Virus record (IMG/VR): IMGVR_UViG_3300034683_000192
Span: 32,001-96,000 of that record
Reading direction: 5' to 3' (one strand)
DNA from: a virus
Length of the DNA stretch: 64,000 nt
Each line of letters starts with the position of its first letter. The first letter of the stretch is position 1. Position numbers and translations under genes: made by a program. Shown here piece by piece: positions 7,356 through 16,661 of this stretch. The notes under the pieces were generated by a model, which worked only from the letters and a program-made list of their open reading frames with translations, was not told the origin of the DNA and searched no databases.

Positions 7356-8930
7356 TTACGCTATTGCGCGGTGACGCAGTTTCGCTGAGAGTGCGTAGAG
7401 ATCGTTATTGATGAGAGCTTCCACGAGTTTCTGTTGTTTCTCGTAGTCTGCTGACAATCTACCTGTGAGCAGCATAGCCAGTACCGTGGTGGGATTAGCG
7501 TACTGCACGAGATAGTCGTATATCGTCCGTCTGATTCTATCACCATACGAACCTTTTGCTTTCTCGAGTTCTTTTTCGAGCTTAGCATAGTCCGCAAGAT
7601 AATGATTCAGTACGTCAGTATTTTTGAGTTCATTCTTGAACATTACGTTGGCGTTTTGAATGAGTCTTTGGATTCTGTTGTATTGCTCTTCGTAATCTAC
7701 GGGAGCAAGAGCAAATCCTCCGAGCCACGCATAGACACCGACGCAAAATTCGAGATAGAGTGTGAACATAGTCGACTTACGAAGTCGAGTACTTTCGATC
7801 ACTCCAGTTGTAACTGAGATAATTCCGAATGCTTTTTCGAGCTTATTCAGAACAGATGAGAGATGTCCACCAGCACCATGTCTGGAAACAAACTCATCTG
7901 CCAATCTCTCCTGCATATACAGGTTATGATGCGTTTTCATCTGATCGCTGGATTTGCCAGATGAATCAGACATGAGTGTAAATTCCGTGGCTAGTCCATT
8001 TGCCAAAAATCCAATGTGGTACACAATCGCAACATTGAGTATTACCGACAGTACAATTGTCAGGATTGTTTCGATCACGTGACCAATCAGAGAAGCAACA
8101 GCACTTCCATATGAATCGAGATCGATACTCGACAAATGTTCTACTGTCTGTACCGCTTGAGTTATTACATTCACCATCTCTTTACTGATAGCGCCTTTCT
8201 TCGCCATTTCGTTAAGGTATGGTGCACCTGACTTATTGAATTCAGCCACAATCACCTTAGGATCGAGACTCTTGACAACGTCAGGGATATGTGTGGTGAG
8301 TCGTTCAGTTACGGCAAACCAATCTCCACTTCGCTCCACCATCGTTAAGAGATGTCCGATTTCGTGGAGATAGATTGCCGCTAATTCTTGTGCAGTAGGT
8401 TCTTCACAGATCTTCTCTGGAATGAACTCGTGGAGAAGAAATGCGAACATGGGATCCATGTACAATGCGCAAGAGATCGGACGATTGTTGCTCTTTCCGA
8501 AAGTACTCTTCGAAAGTTTTCCAGTTGAGATGTTGAGGAGGTTATGAAGCTCCATCATTTCCTTCAAAGATTCGTTGGGAGTCTTTGGAGGAGTTCTCTG
8601 TCCTGTCTGCATTGTCACGATAGTCTCAGCGTTACGATAATTGTCGAGAGACAGATTAATCGCAAAGAGACCAGTGATGCGACGAGTACCTGTCATTACC
8701 ACTTTGGTAACATCGATGTTCGTTTCTTTTTTGATTACTGCGACGAACTTTGGAAGAGTAGTCGTTTGTACATACTTGTACATTGCTACGATCAGTGAGT
8801 TTCTTCCAGTATCACCTTTTGCTCTGAGTCCGTCACGGTAATCTATTGCATCCTGAAATACCGTAGCCAGAGCTTTCAAAAGAGATGACTCAGATTGAAA
8901 GTGAATCGCTTCGAGTGCACGCAGGAACAT
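7356..8930 (-). CDS. virion-cluster zinc metallopeptidase-like protein
   Basis: LHEIGH (HExxH) plus downstream QERLADEF (M48-like ExxAD); N-terminal RALE|AIHFQ processing motif; last gene of the head-protein operon. Confidence 0.7.
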   Translation of the reverse strand: MFLRALEAIHFQSESSLLKALATVFQDAIDYRDGLRAKGDTGRNSLIVAMYKYVQTTTLPKFVAVIKKETNIDVTKVVMTGTRRITGLFAINLSLDNYRNAETIVTMQTGQRTPPKTPNESLKEMMELHNLLNISTGKLSKSTFGKSNNRPISCALYMDPMFAFLLHEFIPEKICEEPTAQELAAIYLHEIGHLLTMVERSGDWFAVTERLTTHIPDVVKSLDPKVIVAEFNKSGAPYLNEMAKKGAISKEMVNVITQAVQTVEHLSSIDLDSYGSAVASLIGHVIETILTIVLSVILNVAIVYHIGFLANGLATEFTLMSDSSGKSSDQMKTHHNLYMQERLADEFVSRHGAGGHLSSVLNKLEKAFGIISVTTGVIESTRLRKSTMFTLYLEFCVGVYAWLGGFALAPVDYEEQYNRIQRLIQNANVMFKNELKNTDVLNHYLADYAKLEKELEKAKGSYGDRIRRTIYDYLVQYANPTTVLAMLLTGRLSADYEKQQKLVEALINNDLYALSAKLRHRAIA

Positions 8931-8932
8931 GA

Positions 8933-9982
8933 CTATGCTCCTTTACCGGATTCGGATTTAGCGTGGCGAAGCGCTTTAACTCCAATTTCCGTGATTCTCT
9001 TTCTTCTGAAGTTGACAGTAGTGTTGATTTGACGAAGACCAGCAAATATAGCAAGAACCATTGCGATCTGGTCCTGGATATCTGTGATATTCGTGACCAC
9101 TATTTCCTTATTGATACTTCCATCACGAAGAAGTTCCTGTTCGGATCTCTTAAGATCCTTTTGGTATTCTCCGAGATTGTCGACGAGTTTCTTCAGGTCT
9201 CTGTATCTTCCCCACATGGCAGCATCATACATCCTGTTGATGTCACCAATATCATCGAGAGAATGAAACTGAAGTGCATCCAACGTAGTTTCTTCATTCT
9301 TTTGAAACGGAGAAGCATACGCCGAAGAAGTCTTTTTGATTGTGATTCCGAGTATGGAAAGATCAGTAGTTACTGCACTGGTCATCCATGGATTCTCGGA
9401 AGTCTGGTGTGTGGTCAGTTCACGGATTCTTCGCTTGATCTCCGAATGAGCTTGTGTCAACAGAAGTTTCGTGGATCTATCATACGCATCAATGATGGCA
9501 CGAAATTCCGTACGAGTACACATCTGAGAGATGAGTTGACTTCTGAAGAACGCAGTGGCTTCTTTCTTCTGATCAGATGAGCTTTTCCGGAAAAGCTCAT
9601 TGAAGTCTTCGTAACATGCCTCTGCATTATCTCGAATTCTCCGATCGATATGGAAAATCTTCACGAAGATATTCGTAATCGTCGAAACGATCTTTCCGAT
9701 GAGATTGTACACAGAAGAAAAGAGTCTCTTGATGAAACTCGTGATCATCTGCGTGACTTCGGTAGATTCTATCCCGTACCCTTCAGTCAGGATATCGTGC
9801 AATTCCTCAGTACCATGAGAAATAGCGTGTGTACCGAATCTGTAGTACTGATGGACTGTATTCATTTTTCGGAGCATGATGAGTTCGTCGTCGAGAGATC
9901 CGAGCATCTCACAGACACCATCTCCTGCATCTAGAAATGATGCACCAGGATCTTTCAGCAGCTGAACGAAAGTGCTGTTCAT
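8933..9982 (-). CDS. internal head protein (phiKZ gp93-like family)
   Basis: Acidic propeptide, GIE|S site, amphipathic helix ITSFIKRLFSSVYNLI, TLDALQF motif. Confidence 0.75.
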   Translation of the reverse strand: MNSTFVQLLKDPGASFLDAGDGVCEMLGSLDDELIMLRKMNTVHQYYRFGTHAISHGTEELHDILTEGYGIESTEVTQMITSFIKRLFSSVYNLIGKIVSTITNIFVKIFHIDRRIRDNAEACYEDFNELFRKSSSDQKKEATAFFRSQLISQMCTRTEFRAIIDAYDRSTKLLLTQAHSEIKRRIRELTTHQTSENPWMTSAVTTDLSILGITIKKTSSAYASPFQKNEETTLDALQFHSLDDIGDINRMYDAAMWGRYRDLKKLVDNLGEYQKDLKRSEQELLRDGSINKEIVVTNITDIQDQIAMVLAIFAGLRQINTTVNFRRKRITEIGVKALRHAKSESGKGA

Positions 9983-9988
9983 GATCGA

Positions 9989-11128
9989 TTACACTCCGAG
10001 TTTCACGGCGGTTGTCAGAATCTTGTGGTACGCGATGATTTCGTCTACAGCTACTGCAAGTTTTGTCTGCAGTACCATATACGAACTGATGTTCGATACC
10101 ATTACGGTAAGCTGTCGAACTTGTTCGTATATGTGATCTCCTGATTGGAGATTCTCCATAAACTTGGGATTTTTGCGAAGCTGTGTGAGCTTGATTTCGC
10201 ACATCTTCTGAATCCCAGAAAGAGCATCGAGTCTGGATGCTGTGTCATTCGCCAGTTTTTCCAGAGGAATGACATACTCATTACAGATTGTCGTCAATGC
10301 CTCAGGACTGTACCCAAGATTCTCAAGTGTTGCCTTATTGGTAACACTGAGTTTGTCTTTGAAAGTACTTCCAAATACCACGCCATGCAAAGCCTTTTCA
10401 GGATCTGGATCGTGTTGATTGATATTCGGAAACTTAAGTCCAATTGCTTCTGCTGCTTCCAAGAATATCGGATCTTTGAATGCAGTAGATGCGTCAATCT
10501 TTGATGATGTGACTTGCTGTGTAGGTCTATCCAACTGAGTCAGGATAGCCTGCGCAGTAGCTTGTACAGTGTCAATATTCGTGAACTTATTGACGTTCTT
10601 GCAGAGATACATCGTGTTCTTTGCAAAAGTGTCATAGAAGGAAAAATCACATGCGGGTTCTATTTCGATCACACTGAATTTCTTTCTGAGTTCAGGAGAC
10701 TTCGAAATAGTCTGTTCCATAAGACGAATGTTTCCTTGAGTAACTTGGCTGTTCAGTTTGGTTCGATCATAGAGACGACCAAAGAACTCAGTCAATTTCT
10801 TCAGGAGTTCGGAAATGAATACAGTCACAGCAGAAAGTGTATTACTGATAACCTGGATAAATCCGCCAATGGACTCGAGTCCAAGTTCAGGATCTGGATC
10901 AGTACTGTGAACAGCAGCGATCATCGCAAGCTTCACAGGGTCTGTCGTGGGTTCCGAAAGATACTTGTATTTCTCCATCGTCTTAAGACTGATGGAAAGA
11001 TTGCAAAGTCCGGTAACGTATACTCCATGCAGATGTGCACGAGCTCTTTCGAGTACGAGTTGGGACGCTACATCTTCAGGAGGAAGATTGTCTCCACCCG
11101 GACAAATCGTGAAAGTGGATATCGGCAT
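9989..11128 (-). CDS. internal head protein (phiKZ gp93-like family)
   Basis: Start reassigned to MPISTF (AAGGAG SD); GLE|S site, amphipathic helix, TLENLGY motif. Confidence 0.75.
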   Translation of the reverse strand: MPISTFTICPGGDNLPPEDVASQLVLERARAHLHGVYVTGLCNLSISLKTMEKYKYLSEPTTDPVKLAMIAAVHSTDPDPELGLESIGGFIQVISNTLSAVTVFISELLKKLTEFFGRLYDRTKLNSQVTQGNIRLMEQTISKSPELRKKFSVIEIEPACDFSFYDTFAKNTMYLCKNVNKFTNIDTVQATAQAILTQLDRPTQQVTSSKIDASTAFKDPIFLEAAEAIGLKFPNINQHDPDPEKALHGVVFGSTFKDKLSVTNKATLENLGYSPEALTTICNEYVIPLEKLANDTASRLDALSGIQKMCEIKLTQLRKNPKFMENLQSGDHIYEQVRQLTVMVSNISSYMVLQTKLAVAVDEIIAYHKILTTAVKLGV

Positions 11129-11193
11129 GATCAAACTCCTTATCAGGGGTAAAAGCATATCATTGGTAGTACATAAATTTTACACATATACCG

Positions 11194-11222
11194 AGATGAG
11201 GAGCCATTTAGGCTCCTCATCT
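11194..11222. terminator. hairpin, 12-bp stem
   Basis: AGATGAGGAGCC ATTTA GGCTCCTCATCT. Confidence 0.75.
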
Positions 11223-11238
11223 TCAAATGGAATTTTCA

Positions 11239-12297
11239 TTATTTCGTGGGTTGGAGTTTCAGAGCTTCGTAAACGCACTTTACGATATCTGCGATTTTGT
11301 AGGAATAAGCGAGTATCGCAGTTGAGAGTTTGTGGAACAGTCCTACAAGCTGGGAAACTTCTTTCGGAAGATTCTCAAGAACTTCCTGGTACTGTTCTTT
11401 CTGTGCGTCATCGTCTTTGAATTTCTGTTTGAGTTTGGTGATGTCATTTGTCACTTTGTCAAGTGACCTCGTCATCTTCTCCATCTGTCCTTTGAAAGGA
11501 GCGATATGCTTTTCCATGATTCGGAGAAGATCGAGAATCTCCGTATAGTCGTATCCGAGTTCACCAATAGTAGATGACGTCTTGGTGTTGGTGAATACAG
11601 ATTCGAAGATTGGGAGATCTTCCTCAAAGGAAATTCCAATGACCTTAAGGTCATCAGTATACTTCTCTCCAAGGATAGATGCATAGTCGAGCTTCATTTC
11701 GACTTTGGTATTTCCGCCATCGAGAATTTCGCTGACTTGACGATCGAGTTTCGATACGTCGAATTTCAGCAGCTTCTGCATGGTCGAGTCGATCATGTTG
11801 AGGACATGTTCGACATCTCTTCTCGCAGGTACTGTTTCCGAAATTTTGATCTTGTCAAGATCTCCTCGATGTTTATCGAAGAGAGGACGAAGTTTTCTGA
11901 GATTACCTTCGTTGGTGGCGCGTACATTCTTGGTGAGACCAAAGGTCTTTCTGATGAAATCCCAAAGACCCATGGTGAGTCGTTTGAAGAAATTATAAAT
12001 CATCGTAAAGATGTCACTTACAATTCCTTCTACTGCTCCGAGAACTTCATCATACTTGTACTGTGGATTTTCATCCATATACAGATGAAATTCTCTGTCG
12101 TTCTTCAGAAATCTTTCGATTCCTGGGGAGACCGTCCGATCCTTCTTGAGTACCATCAGAACTTCAGCATACTGAGCTCCAATGTCGGACAAGTCTATGC
12201 CCATGGAACATGTATTTGACAGCGATACCGTACTGTCGACGACGTCTTCAATACTTGCGGTATCGAATACGCTGTCCAGAGCGATAGCTTGAACCAT
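11239..12297 (-). CDS. internal head protein (phiKZ gp93-like family)
   Basis: AVE|G site followed by IFTMIYNFFKRL helix; TIGELGY motif. Confidence 0.75.
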   Translation of the reverse strand: MVQAIALDSVFDTASIEDVVDSTVSLSNTCSMGIDLSDIGAQYAEVLMVLKKDRTVSPGIERFLKNDREFHLYMDENPQYKYDEVLGAVEGIVSDIFTMIYNFFKRLTMGLWDFIRKTFGLTKNVRATNEGNLRKLRPLFDKHRGDLDKIKISETVPARRDVEHVLNMIDSTMQKLLKFDVSKLDRQVSEILDGGNTKVEMKLDYASILGEKYTDDLKVIGISFEEDLPIFESVFTNTKTSSTIGELGYDYTEILDLLRIMEKHIAPFKGQMEKMTRSLDKVTNDITKLKQKFKDDDAQKEQYQEVLENLPKEVSQLVGLFHKLSTAILAYSYKIADIVKCVYEALKLQPTK

Positions 12298-12338
12298 GAT
12301 CGATCCTCCAACAAAAAATAGTTAATAAGCATATAGTG

Positions 12339-12368
12339 ACCGGGGAAGGGTCGAAACCCTCCCCCGGT
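12339..12368. terminator. hairpin after the major internal head gene (second small stem at about 12387-12403)
   Basis: ACCGGGGAAGGGT CGAA ACCCTCCCCCGGT. Confidence 0.75.
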
Positions 12369-12413
12369 TGTTCATGCTAGGCTTTTTGCGACTAGAGGTC
12401 GCAGGAACGAGTC

Positions 12414-13496
12414 CTAGGCCTTGCAGGCGCGCAGAGCGGCGCAGGCGGAGATGTACGCGCGGGGCACGAGCGAACCACGCGAAGCCACCTTGGTGGCCAC
12501 CTTGGACAGTTCGGAACCGGCCTTGCGCAGACGATCGATGGCCTTCTTGTCGTCATCGTTCTTGGCTTCGCCGGACTTTTCCAGGGCGGAAGCGCGCTTG
12601 ATGCCCATGTCGCACAGGTTCTTGAACGACTTCACCGAGCTGGGGTATTCGGCAAGACCGCCGACGATCAGCTGCGCGGTCTTGAAACCATCGCCCTTGG
12701 CGAAAGCCAGATCCCATTCGGAATCCTTCAGGGTCATGCTGTCGGTAGCCAGGGGCTTTTCCACGGTGGTGATCGAATCACCATCACGCTTCAGACCCAG
12801 GGGTTCGATCTTGTCGGAACCCAGGAGCGAAGCCACGTAGCCGTCGGTACCTTCGGCCTTGCCAGCGTCAGCACTCTTCACCGCGTCGATACCGGTAGAG
12901 ACTGCACCGGCAAACGAGATGAACTGACCCTTCTTCAGCAGGCTGAACTTCTTGTCGCTGGCCTTCTTGTCGTCGATCGAGTTCACTTCAGACAGGCTTT
13001 CCTTCGCGCGTTTGATGGCGGAAGCGAAGGAGGTGAACATGTTCCGGACCTTGGCAGCCAGAGCCACGATCTTTTCCCAGAGGCTCTTGAAGAACTTCTT
13101 CACGGCTTCCCAACCCTTGCGGATCGAGTCGCTGATGGCTTCCATGGCCATCTGGGCTTCGTTGTGGTTGCGGCCAGTGGCGTCCAGGCTTTCGACGGCG
13201 GGAATGGGGCGACCGGAGAAACGGGCCAGGGCATCACCACGGTTGATGATGGCGAGCACACCAGGCTGCAGACCGTGGTCCTTCAGCACCGTGTACATGT
13301 GTTCCAGAGCTTCGATGTCGTCGGCAGCGGAATCGGCTGCATCGGCATCGGCCACGACGGAAGCGGCTTCTTCAACGATCGAAGAAGCTTCTTCGGTACG
13401 ATCGGCGACCTGAATGTCCACGTCGATGGTGGTTTCGTCGGCGGTCGATTCGGCATCGTCCATGCGGGCGTTCAGCCCTTCAAGACCTCTCATCAT
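12414..13496 (-). CDS. high-copy internal head protein (phiKZ_IP / gp93-like)
   Basis: Very acidic propeptide with GLE, ALE, AVE and AME sites, then AISDSIRKGWEAVKKFFKSLWEKI; GC-rich, strongly biased codons. Confidence 0.85.
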   Translation of the reverse strand: MMRGLEGLNARMDDAESTADETTIDVDIQVADRTEEASSIVEEAASVVADADAADSAADDIEALEHMYTVLKDHGLQPGVLAIINRGDALARFSGRPIPAVESLDATGRNHNEAQMAMEAISDSIRKGWEAVKKFFKSLWEKIVALAAKVRNMFTSFASAIKRAKESLSEVNSIDDKKASDKKFSLLKKGQFISFAGAVSTGIDAVKSADAGKAEGTDGYVASLLGSDKIEPLGLKRDGDSITTVEKPLATDSMTLKDSEWDLAFAKGDGFKTAQLIVGGLAEYPSSVKSFKNLCDMGIKRASALEKSGEAKNDDDKKAIDRLRKAGSELSKVATKVASRGSLVPRAYISACAALRACKA

Positions 13497-13536
13497 TGTC
13501 TAAACTCCGGAGTTAGAAGTTATTGTCTGACAGACA

Positions 13537-13540
13537 CATA
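13537..13540 (-). promoter_or_regulatory. putative late promoter TATG(TGT); similar sites at 11185, 12330, 55305, 55322 and 57431
   Basis: phiKZ late consensus TATG, placed just upstream of structural genes; only a 4-mer. Confidence 0.45.
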
Positions 13541-13602
13541 ATACTACCATAAACGATTTTCTCCACGATGGATACTTATCGTTCACCGATATATTGAAAG
13601 TC

Positions 13603-14472
13603 CTAGAGGTTCCAACTTGTCTGCATGAGCAGCAATGTCAGATAGCGATCAACGTCACCATCGATCTGCATAGGACGTTCAACCGATTGGGGAAGAAGCT
13701 TGAATCTGGGGTCGAATACAAAAACCCCTTCAGGTGTACGAACAGGGAATCGCTCAAGCATAGGACGCAGCTTCTTCACGTAGTCCTGCTGCATGACGAT
13801 ATCGCATTGCCTCCAGTATGGGCGATCACCCTTAGCGAAGAGGCTGTATAGTATCGTCAGAACAAAGCTTGCCTGAGTTCTTGCGATTTTGGATGTGCGA
13901 GTAAACAGATCTTCATCATCTCTGATGGGACGTGTGAACTCTCTCAAGTATGAGATGAACTTGTCGTGTAATTCCTGATAGATGAATCTGTCAGGACGAA
14001 CATCGACTTCGGGATCTTTCAACTCAATGTGTCTGAGTGACAACACCGCAGCTTCGAATTCGTGACCGATTTCGTAACCTTTGAAATTGCCGTCGAGCCC
14101 ACTGATGATGTTGCACACATCCATAGGCAAGCCGAACGATCTCTGTGACGGTACGTTAAATTCCATGAAGGCTCTCGCAAAGTCAGCAATGACCATCATT
14201 GCGTTGAATGCGATATCCTTACGGATTTCTTTTCCGTACATGGTAACGTATTTACCCCAGGATGTTCTCGGGACACTCGTCACTTCGTTGTGGTAAACTT
14301 GAGCATGTGCGTATGCATGTTCTTCTGAGATGAAGTCAGTATTGATTTCACGCAGAAGACGAAGACCATACATCACGAATGCTTGGTCGTCAGGGCTTCC
14401 TTTGATGGCAGAGATCCCCGCTTGATAGCGGATATCCATCATCGATTTTCCATTGGTGCTCAGCAATTCCAT
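13603..14472 (-). CDS. virion structural protein (phiKZ gp89-93 syntenic block)
   Basis: 289 aa, 2 nt after the preceding gene; position in the head cluster. Confidence 0.6.
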   Translation of the reverse strand: MELLSTNGKSMMDIRYQAGISAIKGSPDDQAFVMYGLRLLREINTDFISEEHAYAHAQVYHNEVTSVPRTSWGKYVTMYGKEIRKDIAFNAMMVIADFARAFMEFNVPSQRSFGLPMDVCNIISGLDGNFKGYEIGHEFEAAVLSLRHIELKDPEVDVRPDRFIYQELHDKFISYLREFTRPIRDDEDLFTRTSKIARTQASFVLTILYSLFAKGDRPYWRQCDIVMQQDYVKKLRPMLERFPVRTPEGVFVFDPRFKLLPQSVERPMQIDGDVDRYLTLLLMQTSWNL

Positions 14473-14474
14473 GG

Positions 14475-15458
14475 CTATTCCTTTTCGTACGCGGCGATCT
14501 TACGATCGACATCGGTGATAGCCTTGTCGTAAGCGTCGATAATCTTCATCAGCTTCTGGTATTCAGGGCTGTTCGGATCGACTCCACTTGCGTTCATGCG
14601 AAGAAGAGTGACGCTGGTTTCGAGCCATTCTTTGAAGTCTTTGTTCTTGATGTATCTGGAATGCATCCAGTCGTCCCAGAGAGACAGAATGCCAGTCAGG
14701 AAGTTAAACCCGATGACACCCTGTTCGAGGTAGTGTGATGCAGTACCAGTCAAAGACGATGGAGAAAAGAAGTCAAGGAAGGATCGATTGTTCGCATAAA
14801 GCAGAAGATCTTGATTCTTTTGCTTAAGCGCAGCGACATCCTTCAGGAAAGAATAGTTTCGATCCTTGTTGACTGCATTGTTCAGGATCTTCGCGTATTC
14901 GTCCATATGCTTCTTCATGAAGTCAGCGCGATATCCGATTACGGTGGAATCCTGCTTGACACAAGTCTTCAGGAAATGATCCCACACGCACTGAGTGTAC
15001 TTGATGTACAGATCAGTTTCACGCAAGATCCCAAGCAGCATCACGTTGGAGATGCTGCAATCGAACATGTTGATAGCTTCGCCAGGTACGAGCTTGTCGA
15101 TACCTTTTCGAACTTCGCTCAGGATCTTGAGAAGAGTGATGCCAGCAAGCTTCGTTGCTCCAAACATCTGATCTCGTTCAGCGACGAGTGCTCCCTTCGT
15201 CAGGAGCTTACCGATATTTGGGATGATGTACCCGACATCGTTCTTGTTCGACTTATCGAACTGATGCTGATAGTACTTATCGTAAAATCCATGCATTGCA
15301 GTCTTGTCAAACGCACTGATGGTTTTCACGATGTTGTCGACATCACTGATTTGCGAAGCGACGATCTGGTTGATCTGGTCCTTTGTCAACGCCTTCATCT
15401 TGATCTTGGACTTGAGCAGATCGAGAATCGACGTTTCGAGCGCTTTGTAGATGTTCAT
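14475..15458 (-). CDS. virion inner-body protein (gp90-like by synteny and size)
   Basis: 327 aa; MNIYKALE| site; helical with coiled-coil C-terminus. Confidence 0.6.
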   Translation of the reverse strand: MNIYKALETSILDLLKSKIKMKALTKDQINQIVASQISDVDNIVKTISAFDKTAMHGFYDKYYQHQFDKSNKNDVGYIIPNIGKLLTKGALVAERDQMFGATKLAGITLLKILSEVRKGIDKLVPGEAINMFDCSISNVMLLGILRETDLYIKYTQCVWDHFLKTCVKQDSTVIGYRADFMKKHMDEYAKILNNAVNKDRNYSFLKDVAALKQKNQDLLLYANNRSFLDFFSPSSLTGTASHYLEQGVIGFNFLTGILSLWDDWMHSRYIKNKDFKEWLETSVTLLRMNASGVDPNSPEYQKLMKIIDAYDKAITDVDRKIAAYEKE

Positions 15459-15469
15459 TGATCTGCTCC

Positions 15470-16567
15470 TTAAAACTTCGGCGCTGTGGACTGATAGTAA
15501 GCCTGCATGATCGACTTCAGATCATACCGTTCATTTTTCGCCTGGGACTTCAGCTGATCGAACTTGTATTCGCCGTGCTTGTCAGAACCGTGAATATAAA
15601 CTTCCACGACCTCGTACGACGCGTCGATGACGGCTACCATCATCGAGAAAGTGCGGGAGAAGTACTTGTTGCGATCTCCCGGCTTCTTGAAATTGCAGCC
15701 GTTCTTATGGCACCACTCGTCGAATTCCCGCTTCTGGTAGATATGCACCGCATTGGCGATGTTCTGCTTTTCAGGATAGAACCCGACGAGCTTCAGCAGG
15801 AAGTTGAACAAGCCATTTCTCTGCTCGTTCATCATGGTATCGAGCATACCAGTCTTGTCGTCCTTACGAGCTCTGTTGCGCTTCTTCAGAAGATCAAGCT
15901 CGAAGAAGAAATCCTGAATGAATCGGATTTCACCGACAGAGGCCTGGAACCAACGCTTGAACATGGACGGCTTAAAGTTGACGGAGAAGAATGCCTCGGC
16001 AACATTGTCAGGAATGAACATCGGCATGAGCTGCACGAATACGTTCACTGACAACTGATTCTTCGGATTTCCGTCGATGTTGAACTTGATTTCGATGATC
16101 TTTCCGCTCGGCAGATTCACCTTGTCAGGAATCTCGATAGCACGAGCTCCGCCTTGTTGTCCCTCGATCTTGTCACCGATGATGACGTTCATCTTGCCAC
16201 CATTCCAGTTCTCCATACCTTTGATAAGGTCAGCGGAATCCTGGAACTGAAGCATTTCTGTGGCGATGATATCGAGAGCCTGTTTCACGGTACGAGATGA
16301 ATCGACCATGGTGTTAAGCTGCATCGCAGTCAAAATCCAGCCGATGTACATGTTTTGCATGGTCAGAAGCAGATCACCAAGGATCTGTTCATCAGCACAT
16401 TCACGCTGGATGTAGACACGGGAGGCCACCATCGAACGCTTTATGTGTTGGGGAAGACTTTTGGAAATCCTGTCCTCACCCGTCCGGATAAGATCGATGA
16501 GGTTCTTGAAGCTAAGATCCCCATTCTTGTCACGGAGATCGATGTCGAATCCGATGAGACTTGCCAT
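15470..16567 (-). CDS. virion inner-body protein (gp89-like by synteny and size)
   Basis: Start reassigned to MASLIG behind GGAGG; ATE| site; divergent from the baseplate genes as in phiKZ. Confidence 0.6.
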   Translation of the reverse strand: MASLIGFDIDLRDKNGDLSFKNLIDLIRTGEDRISKSLPQHIKRSMVASRVYIQRECADEQILGDLLLTMQNMYIGWILTAMQLNTMVDSSRTVKQALDIIATEMLQFQDSADLIKGMENWNGGKMNVIIGDKIEGQQGGARAIEIPDKVNLPSGKIIEIKFNIDGNPKNQLSVNVFVQLMPMFIPDNVAEAFFSVNFKPSMFKRWFQASVGEIRFIQDFFFELDLLKKRNRARKDDKTGMLDTMMNEQRNGLFNFLLKLVGFYPEKQNIANAVHIYQKREFDEWCHKNGCNFKKPGDRNKYFSRTFSMMVAVIDASYEVVEVYIHGSDKHGEYKFDQLKSQAKNERYDLKSIMQAYYQSTAPKF

Positions 16568-16615
16568 TTGTGGAGGCCTCCAGAAAAAGAATTTTGCCGA
16601 GAATAGGTGGTCGAC

Positions 16616-16624
16616 CATACTATG
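16616..16624. promoter_or_regulatory. back-to-back late TATG motifs (CATACTATG) at a divergent junction
   Basis: Between the divergent gp89-like and gp88-like genes. Confidence 0.45.
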
Positions 16625-16661
16625 ATTTTTTACAAATCCTCAGATTTGAGAGGTATTTCCA

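Noticed and set aside
12368-13541. Several long plus-strand ORFs over the GC-rich head gene
   Set aside because: Expected shadow ORFs from high GC3
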